Part shown: piece after piece, positions 1 through 44,478 of the stretch
Position numbering within the stretch: position 1 is the stretch's first letter
Layout: every line of letters starts with the position of its first letter
Assembly (NCBI GenBank): GCA_964035545.1
Contig: OZ037773.1
Coordinates: 2,819,751-2,883,750, forward strand
Length of the DNA stretch: 64,000 nt
Source: Bugula neritina
Lineage: Eukaryota; Animalia; Bryozoa
Direction: 5' to 3'
The notes under the pieces: generated by a model
What the model saw: only the letters and a program-made list of their open reading frames with translations
Told to the model about the DNA's origin: nothing
Database searches by the model: none
Program-made: the position numbers and the translations under genes

Positions 1-352
1 TATACAACATATAATGCAAGTAAATAATATGTACAGTATAGAATGTAAGTGTATAGCATGTACAGTATAGAATGTAAGTGTATAGTATGTAGAGTATAGA
101 ATCTATAGTATGTACAGTAAGCTATAGTGTGTAAGTGTATAGTATGTACAGCATAGAATGTATAGCATTTACAGCATATAATGTATAGTATGTACAGCAT
201 AGAATGTATAGTATGTACAGCATAGAATGTATAGTATGTACAGGATAGAATGTAAGTATATAGTATGTACAGGATAGAATGTATAGTATGTACAGGATAG
301 AATGTATAGTATGTACAGCATAGAATGTATAGTATGTACAGCAAGCTATAGA
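1..352. repeat. Minisatellite, ~23-bp unit tatagtatgtacagcatagaatg
   Basis: Tandem periodicity is directly visible, with 6-bp taagtg insert variants. Confidence 0.9.
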
Positions 353-378
353 GTTTAAGTAATGAGAAGCTATTTTAC

Positions 379-31068
<30,690 letters not shown>

Positions 31069-32300
31069 CTTTACTTCAGACAGTTAGTGACAGCAGGCAG
31101 TAAATTGGCTCTACAGACAGTTTGATGCTGTTGACCGCACCCTCTCTCTTAGCGTGGCCGGCTTCAAAATGACTCTCTATATCGTAGGTCATGTGACCTC
31201 GGGAAATGAAGCAATAGTAGAATATCATTCATAAGGATTAGAATGGACAATGTAGGAGCATTAGCCAGCATTGTTCAGCACACAATACAGAGCTCTATGT
31301 GTAAACAAAAGTATGCAATGATGTTCAATAGAACATATTACATTGTATAAATGGAACAGCAAAGAAAGGTGCATTGAGTCAACGAATTGGTAAACAATAT
31401 CGCACTCAATTTAAGAATGTGTAACTCCAGACAAGCTATGCATATATTTTCAGCCTGTTAACCAACAAGTGTGTAACCATGCTATTGTTGTTGACAATAA
31501 CAACAAAATATATCAGCTGAACAATTTTGTTTATATGCACACAATTTTTCATCAAAAAGTAATACAGAAACAAAGTATAGCACTTTCTCTTAAATAACCA
31601 AAAACTTTCTTGCAAAAAGAAAGGATATTAATTTGTTGAAAATTCACTAATGTTTTCTAATTTTTCTTACCTGCACTTTTTACACAGTTATGTGTGTTGT
31701 GTGCGCTTTCACAGGTGGTACACCTGTCAAACGTTCTCAGAATGTAAAATATTGCTACAATTAGATATCAACCAACAACGGACATCAAAAGAAACCTTTT
31801 GAATGAAATGTAAAAACCATCAGATAGGTATGTAGTGCTCACCCTTTATTCACAGTAATTGTCCTTATACAATAGTATGTTTTCTTAAAGGTGATCAATA
31901 ATACAAGCAATTGTTGATTGTATTTGGCGGCAAATAAACAATATCAAATTCCGTTCTATAACTACAAGCTGCAATCTCCCAAAAGTATTTCACTAGTCAC
32001 ATCGAAAATGCTTTCTAATGTATAGTAAACTAAGCAAACGTGACTGATAAATGGAAGTACATTAATTCAAAATCTGTTGAGACTCAACAAAACTTTCAGC
32101 TCAAATTTTAAAGAAATTTAAGCAGCTTTGAATAAGTTTGTTTAAAAGTTTCAACTTGGCATTTGAAGTGCAAAGAGATTGTTGACATGGCTAAATATGC
32201 TAGCAAAGTAAAATAGAATGAAACAAGTGCAGTGCTTGCTTTCGTTGAATGGGAACAGGCTTAGCTTGCAAAGAGCTAAAAATATAACTTAGCAGACAAT

Positions 32301-33090
32301 CACCGGCTTTCCATGTACCGATCTCAGATCGATCTCGCTGAGATCGATCTGAGAAATGTGCTGATCAGATCGATCGTTTTTCCATGAGAGTGTCAGATCG
32401 ATCTAGCGGAGTTGCCTCCTCTTAAGTGAAGAGTACTTTAATATTATATTTTTTAACCCACCTGGGTGATTCAAGCTAATGCTTTTGAAAAAACAAAATT
32501 TCCATAGTCTAAAATTCAGTGCCAGCTATAAACTCTACGCAGTAAAGCTTTTAGTAAGAAGTAATTTAGCCAACTTAAGATAATTCATTTTAATATTTTA
32601 GTTTGACAGCTTATATAAAATTAATAGCTGTTGTGCAGATTATTCATAAACTTACAGGACTATTGGGCTTAAAAATAAGCAGCAAATAACTAATGAAAGT
32701 AAGTTTTACTAGCCATTTAAATTCAATTTAAATGCTCCTACTTTTTCCACCTTCTACCGTCTATAATTTTATATAATTGAGTTTGTTTAATCATAGTACT
32801 GAAAGTCAAAGTTTTGGCATCTGAAAATGTGGCTATAGTAATTATTAAGTAATTTGCTTAGTAATTACCAATAAATTATCATTTTTATTAGCGGCGACAT
32901 TTTAGCGAACAGTCTTTTTCTATTTCTCAGATCGAACTTTCGTCTTTCCATGACCTTATTGCCTTGAGATCGATCTGAGTTCGAGCTCTACAGACCGACC
33001 AGCTCAGAACGACTGAGATCGATCTTTAGCGTCTTTCCATGGATCGATCTCAGCGAGATCGATCTGAGATCGGTACATGGAAAGCCGGTG
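32301..33090. mobile_element. Non-autonomous DNA transposon, CAC termini and 3-bp TSD (CMC/CACTA-Chapaev-like)
   Basis: Perfect ~49-bp TIR caccggctttccatgtaccgatctcagatcgatctcgctgagatcgatc, AAT on both sides, subterminal agatcgatct repeats. Confidence 0.88.
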
Positions 33091-34319
33091 AATGTTAGTT
33101 TCTCCAAAGCAATAGTCTGAGGCTGGAAAAGGTCAAGCAGTCCGGAAAAGGTCAAACCATTGGCTATGTGCAACGCATTCAGCCATGAACCACCTTTTCA
33201 TATGATTTTGGCAGCTATGGAGTTTGAAGTGTAGCTGCAAGTACTTGTCGGAATTAAAGGCACTAAACAAACTACTCTTGTGAGTTCACTCCTTAGTAAG
33301 ACTAGATCGAGTAGGTTTAAGAAAGGAATTTACTACCAGCCTTGTCCAAATAATATATTTTCAAGTCAATTAGCAAGTGTGAACACGGATTTCAGTTTTT
33401 ACCAAAACAAAATGAACTGATTTTCAACCCATAAGCATGAATGACCTTTTTAACAAAAATTAGGGTTTGAGCTTGCAAAACAGTAAAAGAGAAGTTATTA
33501 AGAAGAATGTTATTTAAAGTTGAATCTAATACACATAATTAAAAGAACTACTTTTGCACAAATCACGTTGAGAATTATGTAATAAACTAGGTTTGGGGTT
33601 GCGCAAAAGTTTTTAAAAATGTCTCAAGCTAAAATTTCAAAGGGGATACGGTATATATATACGATTGCGAGTACATTACAAGAGAAACTGAGCTTTGTGC
33701 ACCATCTTGTATACACACCATTATAAAGGATTTTATTTCCTTAGCGTCAGCTCAAGTTTGCTACTAAGATACACTTGGAGTTATTAGCATAAGAAAATAT
33801 CTGCCAACAATGGGTTATTATATCCACCATTGAAAGAAATCCCAGTGGTGTGAAATTACAATAATTTGTATAGTGAATGGTAAAATAATAGCAGAATATG
33901 ATTACACTTGATGAATTACATTTGAACAAATCCTATGCTTTAACTAGGTCAGCATAGATCTAATGACCTAGAAGGCGCGGAACAATTTTAAGTAGGAAAA
34001 ATGGATCTTTAAAAATTTTTAAAAGCTGGAAAAATAACAGAACCTGCACTGGATAGCCGAAGATAACATTCAAAACTCAAAGCACTTATGACAAAAAAAT
34101 AAAAAAACTAGGAATATTTTCTACTCAATTAGAAGAACACTAGCTCAGTGTGTGCAACTTTAGAAAAATGGTAAATGTTTTATATCAGAGTTGTCTGCCT
34201 TGTTTTGGTGTGTAAATTGGTTACTTTGTATTCAAAGCACTGCAAACATACACTTGCTGAAACCTGTCATAGCTATACATAACATAAGCTTGTTTACCTG
34301 TCATAAACCTTTCAGATTT

Positions 34320-34583
34320 AGTACTACTACTACTACTACCAGTACTACTACTACCACTACTAATACTACCGCAATCACTACTACTGCCAGTACAACTACC
34401 AGTACTACTACTACCAGTACTACTACTACCAGTACTACTACTACCAGTACTACTACCACTTCTACTAATACTACCACAATCACTACTACTGCCAGTACTG
34501 CTGCTACTGCCAGTACCACTACTACTGCCAGTACTGCTGCTACTACTACTATTACTGCAAATACTAGTACTAGGCTACTAGTA
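34320..34583. repeat. (ACT)n-rich trinucleotide low-complexity tract
   Basis: agtactactactacc repeats. Confidence 0.85.
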
Positions 34584-35116
34584 CCATATGAGGGAACTCA
34601 GCACACTAGTTAACAATACAAATAATAATGTATTCTATTGAATGTGCAATTTGATTTCAGTTATTGATTTCAGGTTACATAACACTGCATCTGCTACACA
34701 CAGCAGTAAAATTAGATGACCAACAGTATAGTTGACTGGAATGTGACAGAGCCTTAGCAGCAGTATCTCCTTTTTGAGATTGAGGATAAAAATTGTGCAA
34801 TAAATAAGGAAAAACATATTTAGTTGGAGTAAAGTTTATTTCATATGTCAGTAATGACTATTTAAAACATTAAGACAAAGCCACTAGAATTTTAAAACAG
34901 AACAGGCAAAATGCATGAGCAGACAAATTCAAAATGTATGACAGAAAAATGCTTCAGTTCCAACATAAAATATAATAAAGTATTGGAAACTTCCATGAAG
35001 TGGCAGTTTATGAGACCCCAAAACTGTACAAGGTTGTTACAATTGATTGTAAATAATTAGCTAAAATATTACATTACCTGATATATTAATTGGTCAGCTA
35101 AATTAATGCTGATACA

Positions 35117-36353
35117 TCAATTGGTTAATTCAATTAATGCTGACACAACATTACCTTGATGCTCTTTCAATTTCCTCTCTGCCAGTAACTTACTGATTTC
35201 CATCTCATGCGCCTGCGAGGGAATTTATATAAGAATTAGTTGTGCAATTGGGAGTTGTGAGCTCATGTCTATAACATTACATTGATACATGAAAGCAGTT
35301 TATGGTATAGTTCAAGGATTACTATGCACGAGAAAAAACCTCAAACAAGATTCCAGTCAATTTATATTTTTTGTAGCCTAATAGTATGACTGGGGCAAAA
35401 TAACAGACTAGCTTGGAAAGATGAAAATGTATAATTGCAGGTAACTTTAAAGTGAATAATGATGTATTATAACAACTAAAGAAAATTGATGGGTTAAAAT
35501 AAATCGTAAGTTCCATATTATAATGTGTTGAGTATATGCTACATCCATATTATAATGTGTTGAATAATATATGCAACATTTATATTATAGTATTGTACGT
35601 GTTGAGTAGTATATGTTATATTTATATTATACGTGTTGAGTAATACATGCTACATATATATTTACCTAGACCTGCGTCATGCCTGTGGAAGACATAATCT
35701 GGTATACTTATACTCTGCCTAACCCTCAATAATACTCCAATCTAACACAGCCAAGACTTACTATAAGGTCAACGTCCTCCTGCTTGACCTTCACCTTTGA
35801 GATCTCTTTTTCCCGTGCTGCACGCTGCATCGCCTGCTCCTGCTTCCTTTCCAGGACTAATTTCATCGTCTATAGAATAAACAAGGGTGAGGAAAGCTGC
35901 AGTATATGAGTACCTAAAGCCATGATATTGTGACCAGTTGAAGAATATTACTAAATTCTTAATAATGTAGAAATTTGTTGCCATGGGTGTAAGGAATGTC
36001 GTTGGTGCATTAAGTTATAACACATCAACAACTTTATAGTGCTAAAAAAGTGTAAGTATAAAATATAGAAATAAAACAAAGGAGCATAGGAAGGAGTAGC
36101 AGGAATATGTAGAGTGTATAAAGTAATTGCAAGAAAATATAATAGGCACATAAGGGACAAATCCAAGATAAAGCTACTAGCTAACCTTTTGAATATCTTG
36201 AGCAGAGATTTCTTGCTCTTCAACATAGTCTGTCACTTTCTCCAGGTCGGCAGCACCATCATTATGTTTACCCTTTAGAGACTTACCCTGTGTCTGGTCA
36301 TCGCCCTCGTCTTCTACCTCCGCTGCCTTCGGCTTACTTTTCTTGGCAGACAT
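35117..36353 (-). CDS. HYPK: Huntingtin-interacting protein K (NatA-associated chaperone), 3 exons, 123 aa
   Basis: Exons 36186-36353, 35762-35869 and 35117-35212 splice to MSAKKSKPKAAEVEDEGDDQTQGKSLKGKHNDGAADLEKVTDYVEEQEISAQDIQK/TMKLVLERKQEQAMQRAAREKEISKVKVKQEDVDLI/AHEMEISKLLAERKLKEHQGNVVSALIELTN*. This matches the HYPK motifs KHDSGAADLERVTDY and the UBA-like C-terminus GNVVEALIALTN. Confidence 0.93.
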
Positions 36354-37019
36354 TATTTATGGTTGAAAGTTGAGGCTATAGTTTTACTAAAAGCATGGCA
36401 ATTGCTTGAATTACCAGCCTAAATGGACTAAAAGTGGAAACCACTTGTACAGCAATAACTCTTCCAACAGTTAGTAGAATATGGTATGTTATCAGAAACT
36501 ATCTTGACCAGATTTGTCGCTACTATTTTACCAATCTACTATTATGCCAATCGAAGAACGCAGCACAATTATGATAGCACAATGCACATATGTGGAAGGG
36601 GGTTAGAACATTGAAAACTAAATTATTTTTGATTGGTGTGTCAACTGCTTGGCTTTTTGCTATTATGTTATGAAAATGACAAAAAGAAATTTTCAAAACA
36701 GTGATCTTGGTGAAACTGAGCAGGTACATTTATACGAGTATTATTGTATAGCGGTGATATTATTTACTGGAATAAAACTGAAAAACATCATAGAAACATA
36801 CTGAGCTAGCCAGCCAAAACTAATACAAACAGTGTAAATTAGTATCAAGACAAATCTAACCCAAAGTAAAGCAAGCATTTTAGTTGTACCTAGCTATTGG
36901 GTTACTATAAATATCGATATGGAATTGGTTTCTTAATTGCAGAAACTTAAAGGATATGTATAGCTAGGCAAAGAATTAACATTGGAACCATGAATATTGG
37001 CTTCACAATAAAACCCTAG

Positions 37020-38610
37020 ATGTTAAGATAATATATTAATGTTAATATTAAAATTACGAGTAATATGAATAATTATATACTATATATAGTATTCAATGCA
37101 ACAATGAATATTATAACAACATAAATTATAATTATAATATACCATATTGATAATATTTTAATGACAATTTTAGTCAGTTATATTCATATTAAACAGTAAT
37201 ATAATAAAAATACATCAATTTTATATTCATAGTCATATTGAGATGTTTTTGACTTGCTAATATTGATGTTCAAAATTATTATTAGTGTTACTATTAGTAC
37301 TACTAATAATGATAGTCTATAATACCAATATTTATATAGACTATAGATATTGTTATACATATTGTGACTACTTGAATTAATTTGTAAATTAAATATTGCT
37401 ATGCCTATAGCAATAGACATAGTAAAAATAAAGTATTACTATATCATTGTGATTAAGTTCAATATTAATAGTATCAAGAAATTTAAATGAATCGGAATTA
37501 AACTTAAAGTACATGCAATATTTCATCAGTTAGTTTATTTCAAAATTTAATGATTTATTATAATCATAATAATGGTGATTATCACTGTGACATTCAGCAG
37601 CAAAATGAAAATCACTATGATCATCATTATTACTTTATCACAGTATGAATAACAATATCATTTTCATTATCATTATGATCATCGGTCATCAGTGTGAGTA
37701 TCAGTATTACTATCAGTAAAAGTATATGACATTCTGATTCAGTTTGAGTTTCATTAAGAATTTAATTGACTATGACTCAGAGTCAGTATCAGTATGATTA
37801 AATTGCTATGAGTATGACTGTCAGTGTAAGAACATCAGTATAAGTATCAACATGAGTAAGACTAAGACTCAGAAGAGTCTAACTCTGCAGTATATATGAG
37901 CACGACTCACTAATCACGATCAGTATAAATACAATAATCTTATTTTAATCTATGTCACATAGCATCAATCATTCAAATTCAATGTCAATGTCAATGTGAG
38001 ATAATATAATTATATTGATACTGATAGTGATATTGATATTCCAGTTCCTAGTGAATATCAATATGAGATTTTAATTTATGATAATAATAAATAAAATGAA
38101 ATTATAAATAATAAATACATTTAATTTTATAAATTTAAATTCAGATCAACTATCAATATAATTACTATTAAAATAGTAATTTAAAATTGATATTCACTCA
38201 TTTAAATCAAATTGAAATTATTTGTTAGTTGTGACCACCAGTAAAACTAAATGTAATAGTAATACTAATACTTATGCCAATACTAATAGTAATAGTCAAT
38301 ACTAGAAGTAGATATAAATTACAAATTAAAACTTATAGCCAAAATTAAAGTATAATAAAATTAAATATAAATATTATTATCAATAATACTTTGAAATTAA
38401 ATTAGTAATTTTAATTTATTAATTTTAAAAATAAATACTAAAAGTAAAAGTAAAAGTAAATACTAAATAGAAAATAAGTCGCTGAGAAAAGTATGAAACG
38501 TTCTACCACAAAATAAAAAATTAAAATCGTCATAAAGCTACTTACTATTAGTTAATGAAAATTTAGGAAATCTAATCAATGCTATAGTTATAATAATAGT
38601 AATAAAACAC
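37020..38610. repeat. Extremely AT-rich low-complexity region
   Basis: Degenerate short-period repeats (atatta, agtatc, aatagt) with no credible coding signal. Confidence 0.7.
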
Positions 38611-39989
38611 TTTCAACAACCATGCAAGTAACTACAAGGATTCCTCGATTGAAATCTGGAAATGCCAAAACCGTGCTTTGTTCCGCAATAAAAAATTCAA
38701 AGTAGTAAAGAGTACTAATAAATTGTGTTACAATAACATTAAAACATTTAAATGTATCTTTTTTCAGATAATTAGATTTTTTTTCAACAAATTCGCAATC
38801 ATTTCATTTATCCATGTCATTGCAGCAGACAATCTCTTTATAGTCTATATTCTATAATCTAGAACTATCCAGATTACAAGCACTATGATAAACATTTTGA
38901 TTACAACTGCATAGAAATTCACACCTTTATCCAGAGAATCAAGCTTATTACTTATAATATTATGAGCTCTGCAGATTTTGCTAAAATCCTGCAGATGACA
39001 TCGAATTTTTGCATACTTTCCCATCTGCCTTCTGTACAGCTTATAAGCAAAATACTTGGACAATTTGCCACCAACATACATACAGAAGGGCTTACAATTT
39101 CTCTAATATTAACTAATATATTATTATACAATGCATATTTCATTACTAGATGCTTTTCTAGACACATGCGCGCTTTACCTAATAAATTCTAAACCTTTTT
39201 GAAATGAACCCATAACTGCAGAACCCAAAACTACAGTTTAAAGACGAGACCAGCAGTTGAAAAAGACATGCCAATTGGAAGAAGCTTGGATTATGTTTCT
39301 GGGGTATATATAGTATGAGAGTACCATAAAACCAAGTACAAGATATAACAGTACTAATGAGTGTATCAAGTAAACGTTTTTGTACCTGGTTTTGGATTTA
39401 GTCACTCATATTATATATACACAAATGATAGACTGTAAATGTGTTGTGCTTATAGGTGGGGAAAGTGACTCCTACTGTGAATATTATTCTGATTATTACA
39501 ACAGTTGCAGAATACAGCCAATACCATTCAGGAAGCAGCTAAGCTGCAGCTGGAGTGCAAAGAATTGTTTCATATCTCAAATAGTCACCAGTGGCTAATT
39601 TTAGAAGCCCTAGACTTGCAGGAAACCAGGCTATGCTGTATCCAGGACAGGTGATATGTAGCAAGTCCAGCTGTATTTTAATGACCTTAGCCTACAGTTG
39701 TAGAGGGTTACATGGCTATGTCAATATGGTTGATCAAAACCTGGTAGGTTGTAGAGGATCTGAACTGGAAGTTATAGAGAAGACAACTTCTAACTATTGA
39801 TATACAGTAAAACCTATAGCTATTTAGCTGTTTAAATTTCATATAATGTGGTTTTCAAAATTAGGGCACTCAAACTGCACTTCAAACAATAGGACATAGA
39901 TTCCATTGATTAAATGAGACAAAGCAATTATGGCTGATAAAAGTGGAAAGGCAGGTTTCTTAGCCTATGTTTAGATAAATGAAGTTTCG

Positions 39990-40129
39990 AAAGTTGCTAG
40001 AAGCAGCACCGAGTTGTTGTTAAGTGAGTACAGTAGCTAGGGATCTGGAGTTGAAGATTTGGGTTGAAACTCTAACCCTTGAGTACTGTACTCAATGAAC
40101 ATCAACTCGGTGCTGCTTCTAGCAACTTT
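39990..40129. repeat. 140-bp hairpin (inverted repeat)
   Basis: aaagttgctagaagcagcaccgagttg pairs perfectly with caactcggtgctgcttctagcaacttt (27 bp). Imperfect pairing continues inward. Confidence 0.85.
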
Positions 40130-41374
40130 TGTGTAGGAATCTTTCTGTACTTCTAACAATTATAATGTCATGTTAGTGTTGCAGATGTAAAGTCGAGAGA
40201 CGTTTCTTGAACTACCAACTAAACTCAGGCCAGCTCAGTACATTGGTATTCAACAGCAGACAAGACCAGGTTTTCGGAAGATGCGAATATTGTTACTCAA
40301 TGAAGTTCAAAGCAATTCATTTAGATTCTAGATACACAAATTCACAGATTTTAGTAAAATTAATTATAGTTCTATCATGAGAGTTGTTTCATTTTGATCC
40401 ACGAAATACATTTAAGTGATATTCATTAAATCAATTTTAATTGTTGATGAAGACTGTACATTGTAAATCAAGTCCGATCATGATGTAGATATAAAATTAC
40501 AATAATTATAAATGCATAATTTCACTTTCAAATGTTATTAATTAATCCTAAGAGCAGGTGTGAAATTACTTCCCCTTTTCTGCTGTATTAGGCCTTTTTG
40601 CACATTGTTTTAGACTTGAGTTGCTATGGATTATCTAGCAACAAGCCAACTTGAGCCTTATAGCAATTTATTAGTCCACTTGCTGGAGTAGAGCTTTATT
40701 AAACTACCTGTATAAGAGTTGCTTTTATCATGTGAGTGAAGTACATGGAGAAATTGATGAAAGCCTGTGTTTTAGATTAGAAATGAAGCATAAGAAGTTA
40801 TGTTCTCTCGAGAATTTCAACCCGCGCCCCAAACCTAAATTGAATAATAAAATTAAAGAACTTGGGCTATCTCAATTTCTCCACTATTGCTCCTGCAAGT
40901 GTACAGAACCGCAGAGCTAGTATCAATGTGACAGACTGGCTAGCTAGCCCCCTACACAACCATGATAAACAAACGCATATTTTTGTCATTTACGGTGGAA
41001 GCCAAGTCAAGGGTGTTGGCAAACATCAACCTCATCAATAAGGTTTAATATTATAGCTGTTGCATTATCGCAAAGATTGAACTCTTGTCAAACTACGACC
41101 AGCTGAAACTGCTCCATTAGTACTGTTTGTTTTTTCTATTTAAAATACTGTACTAAATCCTTAGATATTGTAATAATTAATTTGCAGAGGTTAAACATTA
41201 GCTACGTGTAATGATCATAGTTGTAGCATTATGGAGTTATCATAACTTGATTACAGGTTGGATAGTTTACAGACTTACTATCTAGAATCTAAATGAATAG
41301 CAACGACTTAGAAAAAAATGTGAAAATAAGTAGTTTTAATAATATAAAGAACAACTCTTCAGACAGAACTGGGT

Positions 41375-41390
41375 GGCCCTGAAAAGGGCC
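41375..41390 (-). promoter_or_regulatory. Histone 3' stem-loop of H2B
   Basis: GGCCCTTTTCAGGGCC on the minus strand, with downstream element GAAGAGTTG at 41352-41360. Confidence 0.95.
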
Positions 41391-41418
41391 GTGGGGGGGG
41401 GAGGAGGTTGCAGAATAA

Positions 41419-41787
41419 TTATTTGGAGCTGGTGTATTTAGTTACAGCCTTTGTACCCTCAGATACAGCATGCTTAGCCAACTCTCCTGGGAGAATCAGC
41501 CTCACAGCAGTTTGGACCTCTCGGCTAGTAATGGTGGATCTCTTGTTGTAGTGAGCAAGTCTTGATGCTTCACCAGCAATTCTTTCAAACACATCATTGA
41601 CAAAGCTGTTCATGATGCTCATGGCTTTGCTGGACACACCAGTGTCGGGGTGCACTTGCTTCAATACCTTGTAGATGTAGATACCATAGCTCTCTTTTCT
41701 TTTCCTCCTCTTTTTCTTATCTCCAGTGCGGGCTGCTTTAGCCTTTCCCGCTTTCTTTGCGCCTTTAGAACTCACTTTAGGAGGCAT
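41419..41787 (-). CDS. H2B: Histone H2B, replication-dependent
   Basis: Canonical H2B sequence, intronless, with a 3' stem-loop. Confidence 0.99.
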   Translation of the reverse strand: MPPKVSSKGAKKAGKAKAARTGDKKKRRKRKESYGIYIYKVLKQVHPDTGVSSKAMSIMNSFVNDVFERIAGEASRLAHYNKRSTITSREVQTAVRLILPGELAKHAVSEGTKAVTKYTSSK

Positions 41788-42085
41788 GTTGAATGATTGT
41801 GATAAACAATGATGAATGCCTAGTTCAGCGGTTACGCGTGTTTATATCTAAAAGCATATGCAAATTAGATAGTTCTACGCGTTTCATTGGACCACAATGA
41901 GAAGCCGTTTCTAAACTTATATTAGCTGGCACTCAGTTGAATAAACCCCACTAAGACGTTCGTTATAACATATCGTTCTCTTATTGGATAATTTCTAACT
42001 ATAATTCATGGATATAAATACCAAGGGCACTACTTAACTATACACCACTTAGCAACTGCCTGCTACTAATACTAGTACTTTCAAA
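41788..42085. promoter_or_regulatory. Divergent H2B/H2A promoter
   Basis: H2B TATA (tttata 41841-41846), perfect octamer ATGCAAAT at 41858-41865, CCAAT boxes (attgg ~41886 and ~41983), H2A TATAAATA at ~42013-42020. Confidence 0.75.
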
Positions 42086-42463
42086 ATGTCCGGAAGAGGA
42101 AAAGGAGGAAAGGCCAAGGGAAAGAGCAAGACCAGGTCTTCAAGAGCTGGACTGCAATTCCCAGTGGGTAGAATCCATCGTCTTCTCCGCAAGGGTAACT
42201 ACGCTGAAAGAGTTGGTGCAGGTGCACCAGTCTACCTTGCAGCAGTGATGGAGTACTTGGCTGCTGAAGTTTTGGAGTTGGCAGGAAATGCAGCAAGAGA
42301 TAACAAGAAGACCAGAATTATTCCTCGTCACCTGCAGCTGGCCATCCGAAATGACGAAGAGTTGAACAGACTCTTGGGAGGAGTCACCATTGCTCAAGGT
42401 GGTGTCTTGCCCAACATCCAAGCTGTGCTGCTACCCAGCAAGACCAAGAAAGCTGCTGCATAA
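42086..42463 (+). CDS. H2A: Histone H2A, replication-dependent
   Basis: Canonical H2A core, intronless, with a 3' stem-loop. No SQ(E/D) H2A.X motif. Confidence 0.99.
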   Translation: MSGRGKGGKAKGKSKTRSSRAGLQFPVGRIHRLLRKGNYAERVGAGAPVYLAAVMEYLAAEVLELAGNAARDNKKTRIIPRHLQLAIRNDEELNRLLGGVTIAQGGVLPNIQAVLLPSKTKKAAA

Positions 42464-42492
42464 ATACTAAAATTAAAATTGTTAAACCCAAC

Positions 42493-42508
42493 GGCCCTTT
42501 TCAGGGCC
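42493..42508 (+). promoter_or_regulatory. Histone 3' stem-loop of H2A
   Basis: GGCCCTTTTCAGGGCC, with downstream element CAAAGAGTG at 42521-42529. Confidence 0.95.
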
Positions 42509-43417
42509 ATCATTTCTTTTCAAAGAGTGTTCCTATTCTATTACGTAGTCCAAAAGTCTCTGCTTCTAGATTTAATTAGTAGTTCCAGTCACTAATAGCT
42601 TTAGTTGCCAACTGTGCTGTTCAGGCAGCAGTAATATATTCACTATATTGTACTTTTTAGAAATGGTATTTGAAAGTTCTAATATACAACATAAGTAATT
42701 CTTTTAGTTGTAGAACTTCATTAGTTAGTATCAATGTTCTCATCTTTTTAACCACTGCTCCCCTTTGACACTTGTGTTTTTAGTTTGTAGTTCAGGAAAA
42801 AAATACACAACTATACAGCAGTAATTGCCATAAACATAGACTGAAGAGCCTGCTTTTTGCTAGCATTGGCAGTTGTGCGTATGCCCCATTTATTATGTTG
42901 ATTCTATACGTGCATATCGAGTGCCATAATTTGTAAGAATACAAAATTTTGAACTACATATAAACCCAAAGCTATAAAATGTAACGGTGATAAGTTTTTA
43001 CATGTGCTTTAGAATATCTCGGGTATTTATGTTTTGATCTTTTGATCATCAATCAGTTCGATTCACTGTGTGCCTCTAATCATGACAGGCAAATTTAGTA
43101 TGTTCACTATTTACTGTGGCAGAATGAGTGTAGGGCGATGTGAACAAGAATCTAAAATCTAAATAATCACTACTTTGGACAGTGCATAGCAGGATCTGAT
43201 TTACTTTATATTCGATCACCAATATTACCAGTAAAAAACTATGCAGCCATGCCACACAAGCTACTGCTATCAACAATGAAATAATAAAAAATTATTCAAC
43301 GAGCATAGAACACAATAGTTATCAACGATATTCAATGTCGCCGTTACGTTAGATATACTTATACTCTTATAGTACTACTACTAGTAACAAAGAACACAAA
43401 ACTTTGGTAAAATGGGT

Positions 43418-43433
43418 GGCCCTGAAAAGGGCC
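43418..43433 (-). promoter_or_regulatory. Histone 3' stem-loop of H4
   Basis: GGCCCTTTTCAGGGCC on the minus strand. Confidence 0.95.
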
Positions 43434-43463
43434 GTTGGGGTTGGTTGAAGTGGGGTCTGTAGC

Positions 43464-44438
<975 letters not shown>

Positions 44439-44462
44439 ATTACTCAATCAAACCACCCCAAC

Positions 44463-44478
44463 GGCCCTTTTCAGGGCC
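44463..44478 (+). promoter_or_regulatory. Histone 3' stem-loop of H3
   Basis: GGCCCTTTTCAGGGCC, with downstream element AAAAGAGTTT at 44491-44500. Confidence 0.95.

Noticed and set aside
34191-34613. Thr-rich ORF as part of the mucin-like gene
   Set aside because: Opposite strand, upstream of the signal exon, no Cys module and no clear donor; best explained as an (ACT)n tract.
35769-35984. ORF MATNFY... as a gene
   Set aside because: It overlaps HYPK exon 2 in a different frame; the HYPK frame has the homology.
38845-39800. Possible gene in the cluster of short ORFs
   Set aside because: No recognisable motif or consistent splice chain was found by eye; left unannotated.
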